A model generated the notes under the pieces. That model was not told the origin of the DNA, ran no database searches, and saw only the letters and a program-made list of their open reading frames with translations. A program made the position numbers and the translations under genes. DNA of 64,000 bases from Pirellulales bacterium (GTDB taxonomy: Bacteria > Planctomycetota > Planctomycetia > Pirellulales > JBFWUW01), in the NCBI GenBank assembly GCA_050247075.1, contig JBFWUW010000020.1:26877-90876 (forward strand), read 5' to 3'. Positions 1 through 8,979 of this stretch are shown here, piece after piece. The first letter of the stretch is position 1. Every line of letters begins with the position of its first letter.

Positions 1-1885
1 GCGGCTGGCAAGACCGCTCCTGCGCATCACCGCCGGCGTAGGTGGCGTCGTACAGATCGGGGATGGAGTCGCCGTTGAGGTCGGCCAACAGGCAACTGAC
101 GGTCCAATCGAACTGGCCGATCCCCGACTCTTCCGTGATGTCTTGAAACGTGCCATCGCCGTTGTTGCGATAGAGCCGGTTGACTCCCAGATTGGCCACG
201 TACAGGTCGGCAAACCCGTCGTTGTCCAGATCACCGGCGGCCACACCGCCGCTGTAGCGGTCGTCGCCCAGGCCAGCGGACTGGGTGACATCGACGGCGG
301 CGGCGGCCACATTTCGATAGAGCCGGTCGCGCCAGGCGGTTAGCCGTGCGTTAGCGGACCAATCGCCCCCTTGCGCGAAGTATAGGTCGGGCCAGCCGTC
401 GCCGTCGTAGTCGAACGTGGCGACACCGCCCCCAAGCGTATCGCGCAGAAAACGCTCCGGACGCTGAGCGGCGTTGTCGGCATAATAACGAAAGTCGATC
501 CCCGCTTGCTCCGCCTGATCGGCGAACGTCACGTGCTGTTGGTCGGTCGAGGCCGGCCTTGTGCCGGCCGACACGGTGAAACTGGCGGCCTGGGGGAGTG
601 GGAAATCGTCCAGCCGCACCAGCGGCTGCACGGCCAATGGGCCGGCCAAGTGTCGGGGCGGATCAAGGGGACTCGCGGCGCGAAGCGTTTGCAACGCCTG
701 TCGCGCGGCGCTATGAGAGGGTTGTTCGCGGACTAGCAATTCGTACCAGGCGATGGCCTCGCGGAAGCGGCCCAGCCGGTGCATGGCGGCTGCCATGTTG
801 TTGATGGCCGTGGCCCGTTGCAGGGGATCGCGCATCAGCACTTCGGCCGTTTGCTGCAATACCAACAGGTCGGCGGCGCGCTGCTGAAAGACTTCAGCGG
901 CCGCGTCTTGGCCCAGGCTGGCCAGGCTTTGCGCGGCGCGTAAGTGGGCCACCAAGGCATCCGGATCGCGGGCGGCGGCTTCCAAGAAACAACGCAGTGC
1001 CGCTGCCGTTTGGCCGTGCTCGTCCAACCACATTCCGCGGACGGTCCAAGCCAGCGGATGGGCAAAGACTGATTCCGGGCAAGCCGCGTGCCACGCCCGC
1101 CAGGCCGTGTCGTCATTCCGCAAGGCGATGATCCAGCCAAGCTGCGCCTGGCCTTGCAGTGTGCCGGCGTCGATGGCCACCGCCTGGCGCAACAGGCGTT
1201 CGGCCTCGGCCGCGTGGCTAGCGCGATATTCTAAAATCGCCAGGCCCACTAGCGGCGCGGCATCGTCAGGGGAATGGGCGGCGAAGCGTTCTAACTCCGC
1301 GCGGGGCCCGGCAAACCGCTCGGCGTGTGCCAACGCGACGAGCTCGGTGAACGAGGCATTGCCATCCTTCAACAGCGTTGTCAAAGGGGGGCGGCTCTCC
1401 CACGAGCGTCCTTCGATGCTGTAGAGGTCGGCCAGGCGGCCGGCCGCTTGGACCGAGTCCGGCTGCGCGGCCTGTGCCCGCAGATAGCTCGCCTCGGCCT
1501 GTTGGGAATGTCCCAACTTGGACCAGGCATCGCCCGCCGAGCACTGGGCGTCTGAGAAACGGGGGTCGGATGGCGGAATGCGGTTAAAGTAGGCCGCGGC
1601 GGCGGCGAACTGTTCCGTGCCCAGGGCTGCCTGGCCCGCCAGCAATAGTGCGTCGTTGGAGGAGGGATTTTGGCTTAATGCGCGCGCGGCCAGCTTGCCG
1701 GCTTGCTCATGGTCGCCGGCCAGCAGCCAGTCGTTTCCCTTGCGCACCAGGACATCGACCGACGATGTAGATGGCCAGAAATTCCAAGCGGCGAGCGCGG
1801 CACCCACCAAGCCTACCGCCGCCAAAGCCAGCCGCTTGCCGCCCGGCGAGCGGTGTTGCGTCGAGGTCGATGGTGGGCCAGTCAT
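1..1885 (-). CDS. TPR + FG-GAP/CRTAC1 (ASPIC/UnbV-type) protein, runs off the window edge; paralog of 1919..5011
   Basis: Not in the ORF track because its stop lies outside the window. Manual translation from ATG at 1885 gives MTGPPSTSTQHRSPGGKRLALAAVGLVGAALAAWNFWP...; the same frame near the window start gives DWTVSCLLADLNGDSIPDLYDATY, which aligns with WTASCLIADLNGDGTPDLFDATY of the neighbour. Confidence 0.85.
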   Translation of the reverse strand, partial: MTGPPSTSTQHRSPGGKRLALAAVGLVGAALAAWNFWPSTSSVDVLVRKGNDWLLAGDHEQAGKLAARALSQNPSSNDALLLAGQAALGTEQFAAAAAYFNRIPPSDPRFSDAQCSAGDAWSKLGHSQQAEASYLRAQAAQPDSVQAAGRLADLYSIEGRSWESRPPLTTLLKDGNASFTELVALAHAERFAGPRAELERFAAHSPDDAAPLVGLAILEYRASHAAEAERLLRQAVAIDAGTLQGQAQLGWIIALRNDDTAWRAWHAACPESVFAHPLAWTVRGMWLDEHGQTAAALRCFLEAAARDPDALVAHLRAAQSLASLGQDAAAEVFQQRAADLLVLQQTAEVLMRDPLQRATAINNMAAAMHRLGRFREAIAWYELLVREQPSHSAARQALQTLRAASPLDPPRHLAGPLAVQPLVRLDDFPLPQAASFTVSAGTRPASTDQQHVTFADQAEQAGIDFRYYADNAAQRPERFLRDTLGGGVATFDYDGDGWPDLYFAQGGDWSANARLTAWRDRLYRNVAAAAVDVTQSAGLGDDRYSGGVAAGDLDNDGFADLYVANLGVNRLYRNNGDGTFQDITEESGIGQFDWTVSCLLADLNGDSIPDLYDATYAGGDAQERSCQP

Positions 1886-1918
1886 GCAGGCGGTAATTAA
1901 GAAAAGGGAAATTCCATT

Positions 1919-4900
1919 CTACTCGACCGAAGATGCCTGGCGATTCGGCACGGGCCAAGGGGCGGGCGCACCTTCAATCAGAATCCACTCGGTGTTGGCG
2001 GGGAGGTCGTGATAGACCGTCCGCAGGCCCGACGGCCAATCGACGGCCACCTCGTCCACGCGCTCGCAGTCGCCCAACCCAAACAGCAGTTGCCGCTGGT
2101 TACTGGCCATGTATCCGTCGCCGGCGGTGAGTTGGGCCACCCGCTCGCGGCCCTCCGCGTTGATACGCACGGTTGTGCCGAAGGCATCGCGGGCTGATTT
2201 CACGCCGCGAAGCTGGATCACCAGAAAGCCCCCCGCCTGGTCCGTGGTATTGGCCAGCAGCGCAGCGGGTGATTCCAGATTGGAAATGGCTACGTCCTCG
2301 CGCCCATCTCGGTTCCAATCGAGCCGGGCCAGCCCGCGGCCCAGCATTTGGCGGTTAAAGTACGGTCCCAAGGTTTCCGCCGGTAGTTCGACAAATTGCC
2401 CCGCGCCGCGATTGCGAAAGAACTGCGGCCGCATCTGAAAGCCGCGGTCTTCATCGCGAAAGTCATCGACATGCCCGTTGGCGACAATCAGGTCGGGCCA
2501 GCCATCGAGATCGGCGTCGATAAACTGCGTGCCAAAGCCGACCATGGCCATGCTCGGTTCGCGCAGGCCGCAACGGGCCGTGGCATCGACAAACAGGTCG
2601 CCGTGCCCTTGATTGAGATACAACACGTTGGACTCGAGCACGAAGTTGGTGGCGAACAGGTCGATCGACCCGTCGCCATCGGCATCGCCGCATGCCACGC
2701 CCATGCAGGCCTGTGAACGGCCCCAGCCATCGATAGCCAGTCCTGTCGCCATGCCGCGCTCGGCAAACCAAGGCAGGCCTCCAGCCTGGGTCGTTTGATT
2801 GTCGTGAAAAAAATTGGGGGTCTGATCGTTGGCCACAAATAGGCTCAACTTGTGCGAACCGTCAAAGTCGGCGGCAACCACTCCCAGGCCATGCCCCAGC
2901 GGTGCGTGCAAGCCGGCCTCCGCGCCGCACTCTCGAAACTGCCCATCGCCGGATGCCAGCCACAGTCGGTCTTCCACGGCTGCAAACGAGTGCGGTCCGC
3001 AGGCATGTGCTCCGCAGACTTCTATATGCAGGTTGTCGCCGCCCAGGTAAGTAGCGTCGAACAGATCGGGTGTGCCGTCTCCGTTCAGGTCGGCAATCAG
3101 GCAACTGGCGGTCCAAATTTCGGGGAGTTCACCTAGCACGGCCGAGATGTCGTCAAACGTGCCGTCGCCATTATTACGGTAAAGACTATTGGTGCCCAGA
3201 TTCGCCACGTACAGATCCGTCCATCCGTCGTTGTCGAAATCGCCCGCGGCTACACCGCCGCTGAACTGGCCATCGCCCAAATGGGCCAGCGCCGTCACGT
3301 CCGTAAACTGGCCGTCGACCCCTTGGCGATAGAGCCGATCCACGTCTTCGCCTTCGGCCCAGCCTTCACCCCGGCCCTCTCCCGGAGGGAGAGTGGGAGA
3401 TGGAGGAGGCCAGGAGCAGCCTTGGGTGAAATACAAATCGGGCCAGGCATCGCCATCGTAGTCGATCGCCGCCACGCCGCCGCCAAAGCTTTGCCGCATG
3501 AAACGCGGTCCTTGCCCCGGCACGAATCCGCAATCGTAGGTGAATTTAATGCCAAGTTCCGCGGCCCGTTCCGCGAACGATATCCCGTTAACGGCGGAAT
3601 CGGGCTGGCTCGGATGGTCGGGTGATCCCAGCGGGGAGTTTCGCGACCGGGCCAATGTAGCGGCCAACACTTCCCAATCGGGCGGAGAGAAATCGGCTGC
3701 GGCAACGGAGGGTGGCACGGGATGGGCTGTTTCCGCGGCGCGTTCGGCGGTGCTGAAGTCTGGCCCTCGGCGGCTGCCCTCTCCGCGCTTGGCCTGCCCA
3801 AACCGCGGAAACCGCTCATGGAGGAGCCGCCGCCAGCCATGGGCTTCGTCCGGCCGTCCTAGCCGATCGAGCAGGCCGCAAATGGCGTCGAAGGATTCGG
3901 CGGTGGGCTGGGGTGCTTGCATGAGTGCCTCGACCGCTTTCTGCAAGGCAAAGATTTGCTCAGCCCGCCATTGAAAGTAGGGCGCGTCCTCGGCGCGGCC
4001 AACAATGGCCAGTGCTTGCCCGACTCGTAGATTGGCCACGGCGTCGTCGGCATCGCGTGCTAAGGCTTGCAAATAACAATAGACCGCCGGTTCGAAATGG
4101 CCGTGATCTTCCAGCCAAGCTCCTTGCACGGCCCAGGCCAAGGGGTGCCGCAAGGCTTCCGTCGGGCAGGCGGACCGCCATTGCAACCAAGCGGCATCGT
4201 CGTCCTGCTGTTGCAACAACCAGCCCAGCAAGGGCTGGCCTTGTAATGAAGCCGGGTTGAGCCGCACCGCTTGCCGTGCCAACTCGGCGGCCAAGGAATT
4301 CTTATTCGTGCGATAGGCCAGCACCGCCAGGCCGACCAGCGGAGCATCGTCGTTGGGAACCACTTGATGGAAGTTCTCCAGATCGGCTTGCGGCCCGGCA
4401 AACATTTCTGGGTAGGCCAGCCCTTGCAGGTCGAACAATGTTGCAGTGCCGTGCCGCAACAACCGTTGCAACAGGGGGCGGCGCTCCCACGAACGGCCTT
4501 GCACGCTGTACAGGTTAGAAAGGCGGCGAGCGGCCACCAAGGCGGGTGAGCCCTTGGACGCATCCCTTGTCGATGCCTCAGGCTGTGTAGCAAGCACCGT
4601 GAGGAAGGCGGCCTCCGCCCCTTGGCAGTCACCCGCTTGCTGCCGCTTTTCGCCCGCGGCGACTTTGGCTTCGGCATACCGCGCATCTTGCGGTTCAACG
4701 CGATCCAGAAAATCGGCGGCCGCCGTGAATTGTTTGTTGCCAGCAGCGGCTTGGCTGGCCAGGAACAGGGCCTCGGTGGAATGGGGCGATTGTTGCAGCG
4801 CCTGGCTGGCCAGCTTTGCCGCGCGGTCAAACTGGCCGATCCGCAGCCACTCTCGGCTTTGGCTCAACAGCACTTCCAGCGGCTGCGTCTGCGGCCAAAA

Positions 4901-5011
4901 GCTCCAAGCCGCCGCGAATAGTCCCAGCCCGGCCAGCATGCCCAAAGCCCATGCGCGAGGTCTGCCAGACGATGGCTGTGGCGAGGCCGGCGGGTGTTGG
5001 GAAGCGGACAT
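1919..5011 (-). CDS. TPR + FG-GAP/CRTAC1 repeats + C-terminal ASPIC/UnbV domain protein
   Basis: N-terminal TM segment, TPR-like helices, repeated DxDxDGxxDL motifs (DYDGDAWPDLY, DFDNDGWTDLY, DADGDGSIDLF), C-terminal GDGYMASNQRQLLFGLG...VDWPSG; alternative start 5017. Confidence 0.9.
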   Translation of the reverse strand: MSASQHPPASPQPSSGRPRAWALGMLAGLGLFAAAWSFWPQTQPLEVLLSQSREWLRIGQFDRAAKLASQALQQSPHSTEALFLASQAAAGNKQFTAAADFLDRVEPQDARYAEAKVAAGEKRQQAGDCQGAEAAFLTVLATQPEASTRDASKGSPALVAARRLSNLYSVQGRSWERRPLLQRLLRHGTATLFDLQGLAYPEMFAGPQADLENFHQVVPNDDAPLVGLAVLAYRTNKNSLAAELARQAVRLNPASLQGQPLLGWLLQQQDDDAAWLQWRSACPTEALRHPLAWAVQGAWLEDHGHFEPAVYCYLQALARDADDAVANLRVGQALAIVGRAEDAPYFQWRAEQIFALQKAVEALMQAPQPTAESFDAICGLLDRLGRPDEAHGWRRLLHERFPRFGQAKRGEGSRRGPDFSTAERAAETAHPVPPSVAAADFSPPDWEVLAATLARSRNSPLGSPDHPSQPDSAVNGISFAERAAELGIKFTYDCGFVPGQGPRFMRQSFGGGVAAIDYDGDAWPDLYFTQGCSWPPPSPTLPPGEGRGEGWAEGEDVDRLYRQGVDGQFTDVTALAHLGDGQFSGGVAAGDFDNDGWTDLYVANLGTNSLYRNNGDGTFDDISAVLGELPEIWTASCLIADLNGDGTPDLFDATYLGGDNLHIEVCGAHACGPHSFAAVEDRLWLASGDGQFRECGAEAGLHAPLGHGLGVVAADFDGSHKLSLFVANDQTPNFFHDNQTTQAGGLPWFAERGMATGLAIDGWGRSQACMGVACGDADGDGSIDLFATNFVLESNVLYLNQGHGDLFVDATARCGLREPSMAMVGFGTQFIDADLDGWPDLIVANGHVDDFRDEDRGFQMRPQFFRNRGAGQFVELPAETLGPYFNRQMLGRGLARLDWNRDGREDVAISNLESPAALLANTTDQAGGFLVIQLRGVKSARDAFGTTVRINAEGRERVAQLTAGDGYMASNQRQLLFGLGDCERVDEVAVDWPSGLRTVYHDLPANTEWILIEGAPAPWPVPNRQASSVE
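3363..3397. repeat. BoxC-like palindromic element (CCTTCACCCCGGCCCTCTCCCGGAGGGAGAGTGGG) inside the CDS
   Basis: CTCTCCC-GGA-GGGAGAG hairpin preceded by a CCTTCACCCCGGCC tail; translated as PTLPPGEGRGEG. Confidence 0.6.
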
Positions 5012-5089
5012 GGGCACAAAGTTGAACGAAATCGCCGGTGTGCCAGCCCGGTTTCGGCTGGCATCGCCGCCAACGGGCCAGACGGTCGG

Positions 5090-6493
5090 TTACCTTAGGC
5101 CGGGCGGTGTCTGGGGTGCCGCCGCGCCGATTGCCTCCAACGCTGCGCGAGCCTCCGCGTGCTGGGGGTCGATCGACAAGATCATTTGATACGCGCCGGC
5201 CGCGGCTTCAGGCTGTTCGAGTTCCTGGTAAAGGCGTCCCATCTCCAAGATCGGTTCGGGCTCGGTCGGCTTTTCGCGGATGGTGGTTTCCAATTCCTTC
5301 AAGCGGTCCCACTTCGACTTGAGCTCGTCGGACTTTGCCTGCTGTTCCTCCGCCTGGACAGTGTCACCCAGCAAGGCATAACCCTCCGCCAGTTTTTGAC
5401 GCGGAACCGGATCGGTCGGGAATGCCCCTACCACCTGCGAGAAAGCCGCCACGGCCGCGGCGGCATCCCCTGCCGCAATTTCGATTTCACCTTTGAGGCC
5501 TAAGGCGTCGGTGTCGTCGGGCGACAGGGCTAGTGCCGCGTCGATGGCGGACCTGGCGGCCTCTGTCTGGTTCTTGGCGAAGGCACAGCGGGCCGTGAGA
5601 TATTCCACGGAGGGCGTGCGAATTGGGCATTGGGCCAATTCCGCTTCGGCTGCCGCCGCATCACCCATGTCGAACAGACAAGTCGCCAGGAATTCGCGGG
5701 TCGATTGGCGCTCGAGTGTCGGTTCGCTGGGATACAAGGACAATGCGCGGCGGAAGCAATCGGCGGCTTCTGACATTTGGCCGAGCGCGCGATAGCTACG
5801 TCCCAGCAATACCAACGGCCGAGGGTCGCGCGGCGACAACTGCACGCTGCTCGATAGGCCCTTCGCGGCGGCGTTGTATTCACCCATGGTAAACATCAAC
5901 AGGCCCATGTAACGGTTGCATTCAGGCTGCAGCGGATCGAACTGCAATCCGTTCTGCAATAACTGATACGCGCCGCGGGCGTCTCCCGCGGCTAAGTGCG
6001 CCCGGCCCGCCAGGGCGAAGGCCAGCCCGCGGATCGACTCTTCCTCGGCCGCCGTCTGAAACAACTGCTCGGCGGCCTGCATCGTCCGCTGATCGAGAGG
6101 TCCGTCCGCCCGTTGCACCAGCAGTTCACCTTCCAACAGCTTGCCAAACGGTAGCGAGGCCGGTCTGCGCGAGAGCCGGGCAGCCTCGCGTTGGGCGGCG
6201 TCGAAATCGCCTGCTTCCAGCGCGGTTCGGCCCGCCTCGAATCGGTAGCGAGGACTAGCTACATGCCAATATCCGGCGATACCCAACAAGACAAAAGCCC
6301 CCAGCCACAGTAAAGAACTGATGGAGGGCTGGTAAGATGGCGCACCGGCCGCAACATCTGGCGGTGCGGGCTCCTCCAACGCGGCATCGGCAGGACTTGT
6401 AATGGCGGAAGACTCCGCGTCCGGCGTAGCGGCGACCGGCACCAAGCCATCATCGGGTGGGATCGGATCGCGGTCAGTCTCGGAATCGGCCAT
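5090..6493 (-). CDS. Membrane-anchored tetratricopeptide repeat protein
   Basis: 467 aa; TM segment LLWLGAFVLLGIAGYW followed by TPR-like repeats (LGRSYRALGQMSEAADCFRRALSLYP). Confidence 0.85.
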   Translation of the reverse strand: MADSETDRDPIPPDDGLVPVAATPDAESSAITSPADAALEEPAPPDVAAGAPSYQPSISSLLWLGAFVLLGIAGYWHVASPRYRFEAGRTALEAGDFDAAQREAARLSRRPASLPFGKLLEGELLVQRADGPLDQRTMQAAEQLFQTAAEEESIRGLAFALAGRAHLAAGDARGAYQLLQNGLQFDPLQPECNRYMGLLMFTMGEYNAAAKGLSSSVQLSPRDPRPLVLLGRSYRALGQMSEAADCFRRALSLYPSEPTLERQSTREFLATCLFDMGDAAAAEAELAQCPIRTPSVEYLTARCAFAKNQTEAARSAIDAALALSPDDTDALGLKGEIEIAAGDAAAAVAAFSQVVGAFPTDPVPRQKLAEGYALLGDTVQAEEQQAKSDELKSKWDRLKELETTIREKPTEPEPILEMGRLYQELEQPEAAAGAYQMILSIDPQHAEARAALEAIGAAAPQTPPGLR

Positions 6494-6737
6494 GTCAGGC
6501 TACAATTGGGAAATGGAATAGAGAGAGGCCCGACGCTACCCTGACCCTAGTCTATACCGCGATACGCTTTGCGGCAAAGGTTTGGCGGGAGCCGTTTTCT
6601 GTCTCTTTCATGAATATACGATGGATGGGGGCAAGTTATCGCATCGTCCTGGCCGCCGCGCACGGCGGCACGGATCGGCCTAGGGACTTCCTTTGCCTGG
6701 TTCCCCAAGCGGCTCAACCGTGACTGTCCAACAACCC

Positions 6738-7559
6738 ATGCCAGAGAATCCCTCTTCGCTCGCCGCGATTGCCGCGCAAATTCGGGACAACAATCGTCGT
6801 CGGCGCAAGACTGTCTTATGGCTGTCGGGTGGGGCCGCGGCCTCGGTATTATGCGCGGTACTGGCGGCAATTTGGCCCGAAGGGCGAATGCTGTTGAACG
6901 CGGGGGCCTTCATCTGGATCGCCGTTGGATTGACGTTTGTTGCCGTGGCCATGACCGTCAAGGCAGGCCACGAAAGGCAGTTGCTGGATTCGGCCCGCCA
7001 ATTGGGCCTGTCGCTGGCGCTGGAGTTGCGGGCAGATCAGGCGGGCCCGCTGTTTCAATTGCCGATCTTGCCGTCCCGCGTTTTGGCTTCGGAAGTCTTG
7101 GAAGCCCTGTTTGGCGACTACCAGGGGCGGCCCGTGGTGGCCGCCCGATTGCGGGGCGGCACTGGCGACGACGCCATCAATCTGCGCGTGGTGGCTTTGG
7201 TTGATGGCGGGCACGACCTGCCGGAGTTTACGTTGTCGCCCGAAGACTATTTGCTGGACAAGCTGGCCCATCTATGGGGGCATGCGGACATCGACTTCGC
7301 CGGCAGCGAGGACGAAGCAGCCTTCTCCCGGCTGTACCGCCTGCGCGGCATGGATGAGGCCGCGGTCCGAAGCGCGTTTGGGCCCGCCACGATCGGCTAT
7401 TTCGCCGGGCATCCCGGTTGGTGCCTGCACGTTGCGGGAGGTTGGTTGGTGGCCTATCGCCGCGATACCTTCAACGTGCTGATTTCGCCATCGGTCGACG
7501 AAATCCGCGAACAGCTTGATGCCCTGCTGGCCATCCGCGCCGCCTTCGAGCAAGACTAG
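6738..7559 (+). CDS. Hypothetical membrane protein
   Basis: Two N-terminal TM segments then a soluble domain (DIDF...FSRLYRLRG.DEAAVR); ATG 6738 preferred over 6693. Confidence 0.7.
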   Translation: MPENPSSLAAIAAQIRDNNRRRRKTVLWLSGGAAASVLCAVLAAIWPEGRMLLNAGAFIWIAVGLTFVAVAMTVKAGHERQLLDSARQLGLSLALELRADQAGPLFQLPILPSRVLASEVLEALFGDYQGRPVVAARLRGGTGDDAINLRVVALVDGGHDLPEFTLSPEDYLLDKLAHLWGHADIDFAGSEDEAAFSRLYRLRGMDEAAVRSAFGPATIGYFAGHPGWCLHVAGGWLVAYRRDTFNVLISPSVDEIREQLDALLAIRAAFEQD

Positions 7560-7672
7560 CCAATGGGCGTGCTTTCCACAGTACAACCCGCCGCGAATCA
7601 AGTGCTTCCCTCTTGCCAAACGTCGTCGCCCCCCTGTTCTCTGCTGCACAAAGTGGGACATCGCGGGTTGGA

Positions 7673-7855
7673 TCAACGCCATCCCAGGCGACGAAAGATC
7701 AGCACGAAGGCCCCGATCATGGCCGCCGTACCCAGGCAGCGTACGCCGAAATCCGCGGCCCAACTGCCCAGTTGCAGCCGAAAGCACGCCACCGTGACAG
7801 CCGCCAACGCGGTCAGTAAGAACAGATCGAGAATCGTGTATCGCGGCCGGGCCAT
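7673..7855 (-). CDS. Small 2-TM membrane protein (60 aa)
   Basis: MARPRYTILDLFLLTALAAVTVACF...; the basic-aromatic-hydrophobic N-terminus resembles small planctomycete membrane proteins. Confidence 0.5.
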   Translation of the reverse strand: MARPRYTILDLFLLTALAAVTVACFRLQLGSWAADFGVRCLGTAAMIGAFVLIFRRLGWR

Positions 7856-7951
7856 GCCCCGATTGTAGCAGGCGTTCGTTGGGGGCGCCCAACTGTTAAC
7901 CAAAGGCCCCGCTTTGTACGCTCGCAAAAATGGCCAATCACTCGCGCGTCA

Positions 7952-7979
7952 AGCCGGCAAAGCGGGAACTTTGCCGGCT
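7952..7979. terminator. 11-bp hairpin at the end of the aldo/keto reductase gene
   Basis: AGCCGGCAAAG-CGGGAA-CTTTGCCGGCT perfect stem overlapping the stop codon. Confidence 0.5.
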
Positions 7980-8946
7980 ACGTGACGGCTGCCCGCGAGA
8001 TGGGTGTGCCGCGGGCGGCCAGGGCGGCGGCGATTTGGGCTTCTTCGTCGGAGGTTAAACGCCAACCGGCACCGCCAGCGTTGTCTTCGACTTGCGCGGC
8101 TCGTTTGGCTCCACAGAGTGCCACGGTGATGCCGGGCTGATGGATGGTCCAATTGATCACCAGTTGGGCCAGGCTCTTGCCGCGGCTGGCGGCGATGGGG
8201 CGCAAACGGTCGAGCAAGTCATGGTTCTTTTGCCATTCATCCCCTTGAAACATAGGGTACTTGGCCCGGCCGTCGCCGACACCAAAGACATGGTCACGGG
8301 GCAACTTGCCCGCCAACAAGCCTTTCAGCAGCGGCCAATAGACCATCACGGAAACATTTTGTTCGCGGCACCAGGGGAGTTGCTCGGCTTCTATCTCGCG
8401 CTGCAACATGTTGTAGTGCGGCTGATAGGCACTGAGCGGGCAGACGGCCGAGAACTCTTGCAACTGGTCCAGCGAACAGTTGGAAATCCCCACGCTGCGC
8501 GTTTTGCCCGCCGACAGCAACTCGGCCAAGGCACCCGCCGATTCGGCCAACGGCACGGCGGGGTCGGGCGCGTGTAGGTACAGCAATTCCACGCGGTCGG
8601 TCCGCAGCCGTTGCAAGCTCTCTTCACATTGCCGCCGCAACGTGGCAGGCGAGGCATCGCGGGCTTGCTTGCCGTCGGGTCCCCAGTGAATGCCCCCTTT
8701 GGTGGCGATGACGGCCCGGTCGCGACGGCCCTGTACGGCTTGGGCGATCAGCCGTTCGCTTTCGCCCGCCGCTCCATAGCAATAGGCTGTGTCAAAGAAA
8801 TTGATGCCCTGTTCCAGGCAGGCTTCCAACGTGGCCAGACTGTCGCGCTGGTTGACATCCAGGCTGGTCATGCCCGATATCGGCCAGCAGCCCAGTGCCA
8901 CGGCCGAAACTTGGATGCCGGTTGATCCTAATTGGCGATATTCCAT
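7978..8946 (-). CDS. Aldo/keto reductase
   Basis: MEYRQLGSTGIQVSAVALG, GINFFDTAYCYG, IATKGG, LLYLHAPD, VGISN motifs. Confidence 0.95.
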   Translation of the reverse strand: MEYRQLGSTGIQVSAVALGCWPISGMTSLDVNQRDSLATLEACLEQGINFFDTAYCYGAAGESERLIAQAVQGRRDRAVIATKGGIHWGPDGKQARDASPATLRRQCEESLQRLRTDRVELLYLHAPDPAVPLAESAGALAELLSAGKTRSVGISNCSLDQLQEFSAVCPLSAYQPHYNMLQREIEAEQLPWCREQNVSVMVYWPLLKGLLAGKLPRDHVFGVGDGRAKYPMFQGDEWQKNHDLLDRLRPIAASRGKSLAQLVINWTIHQPGITVALCGAKRAAQVEDNAGGAGWRLTSDEEAQIAAALAARGTPISRAAVT

Positions 8947-8979
8947 ATTCGATGGACTCTTTCCCGCGAGTTCCTGGGA

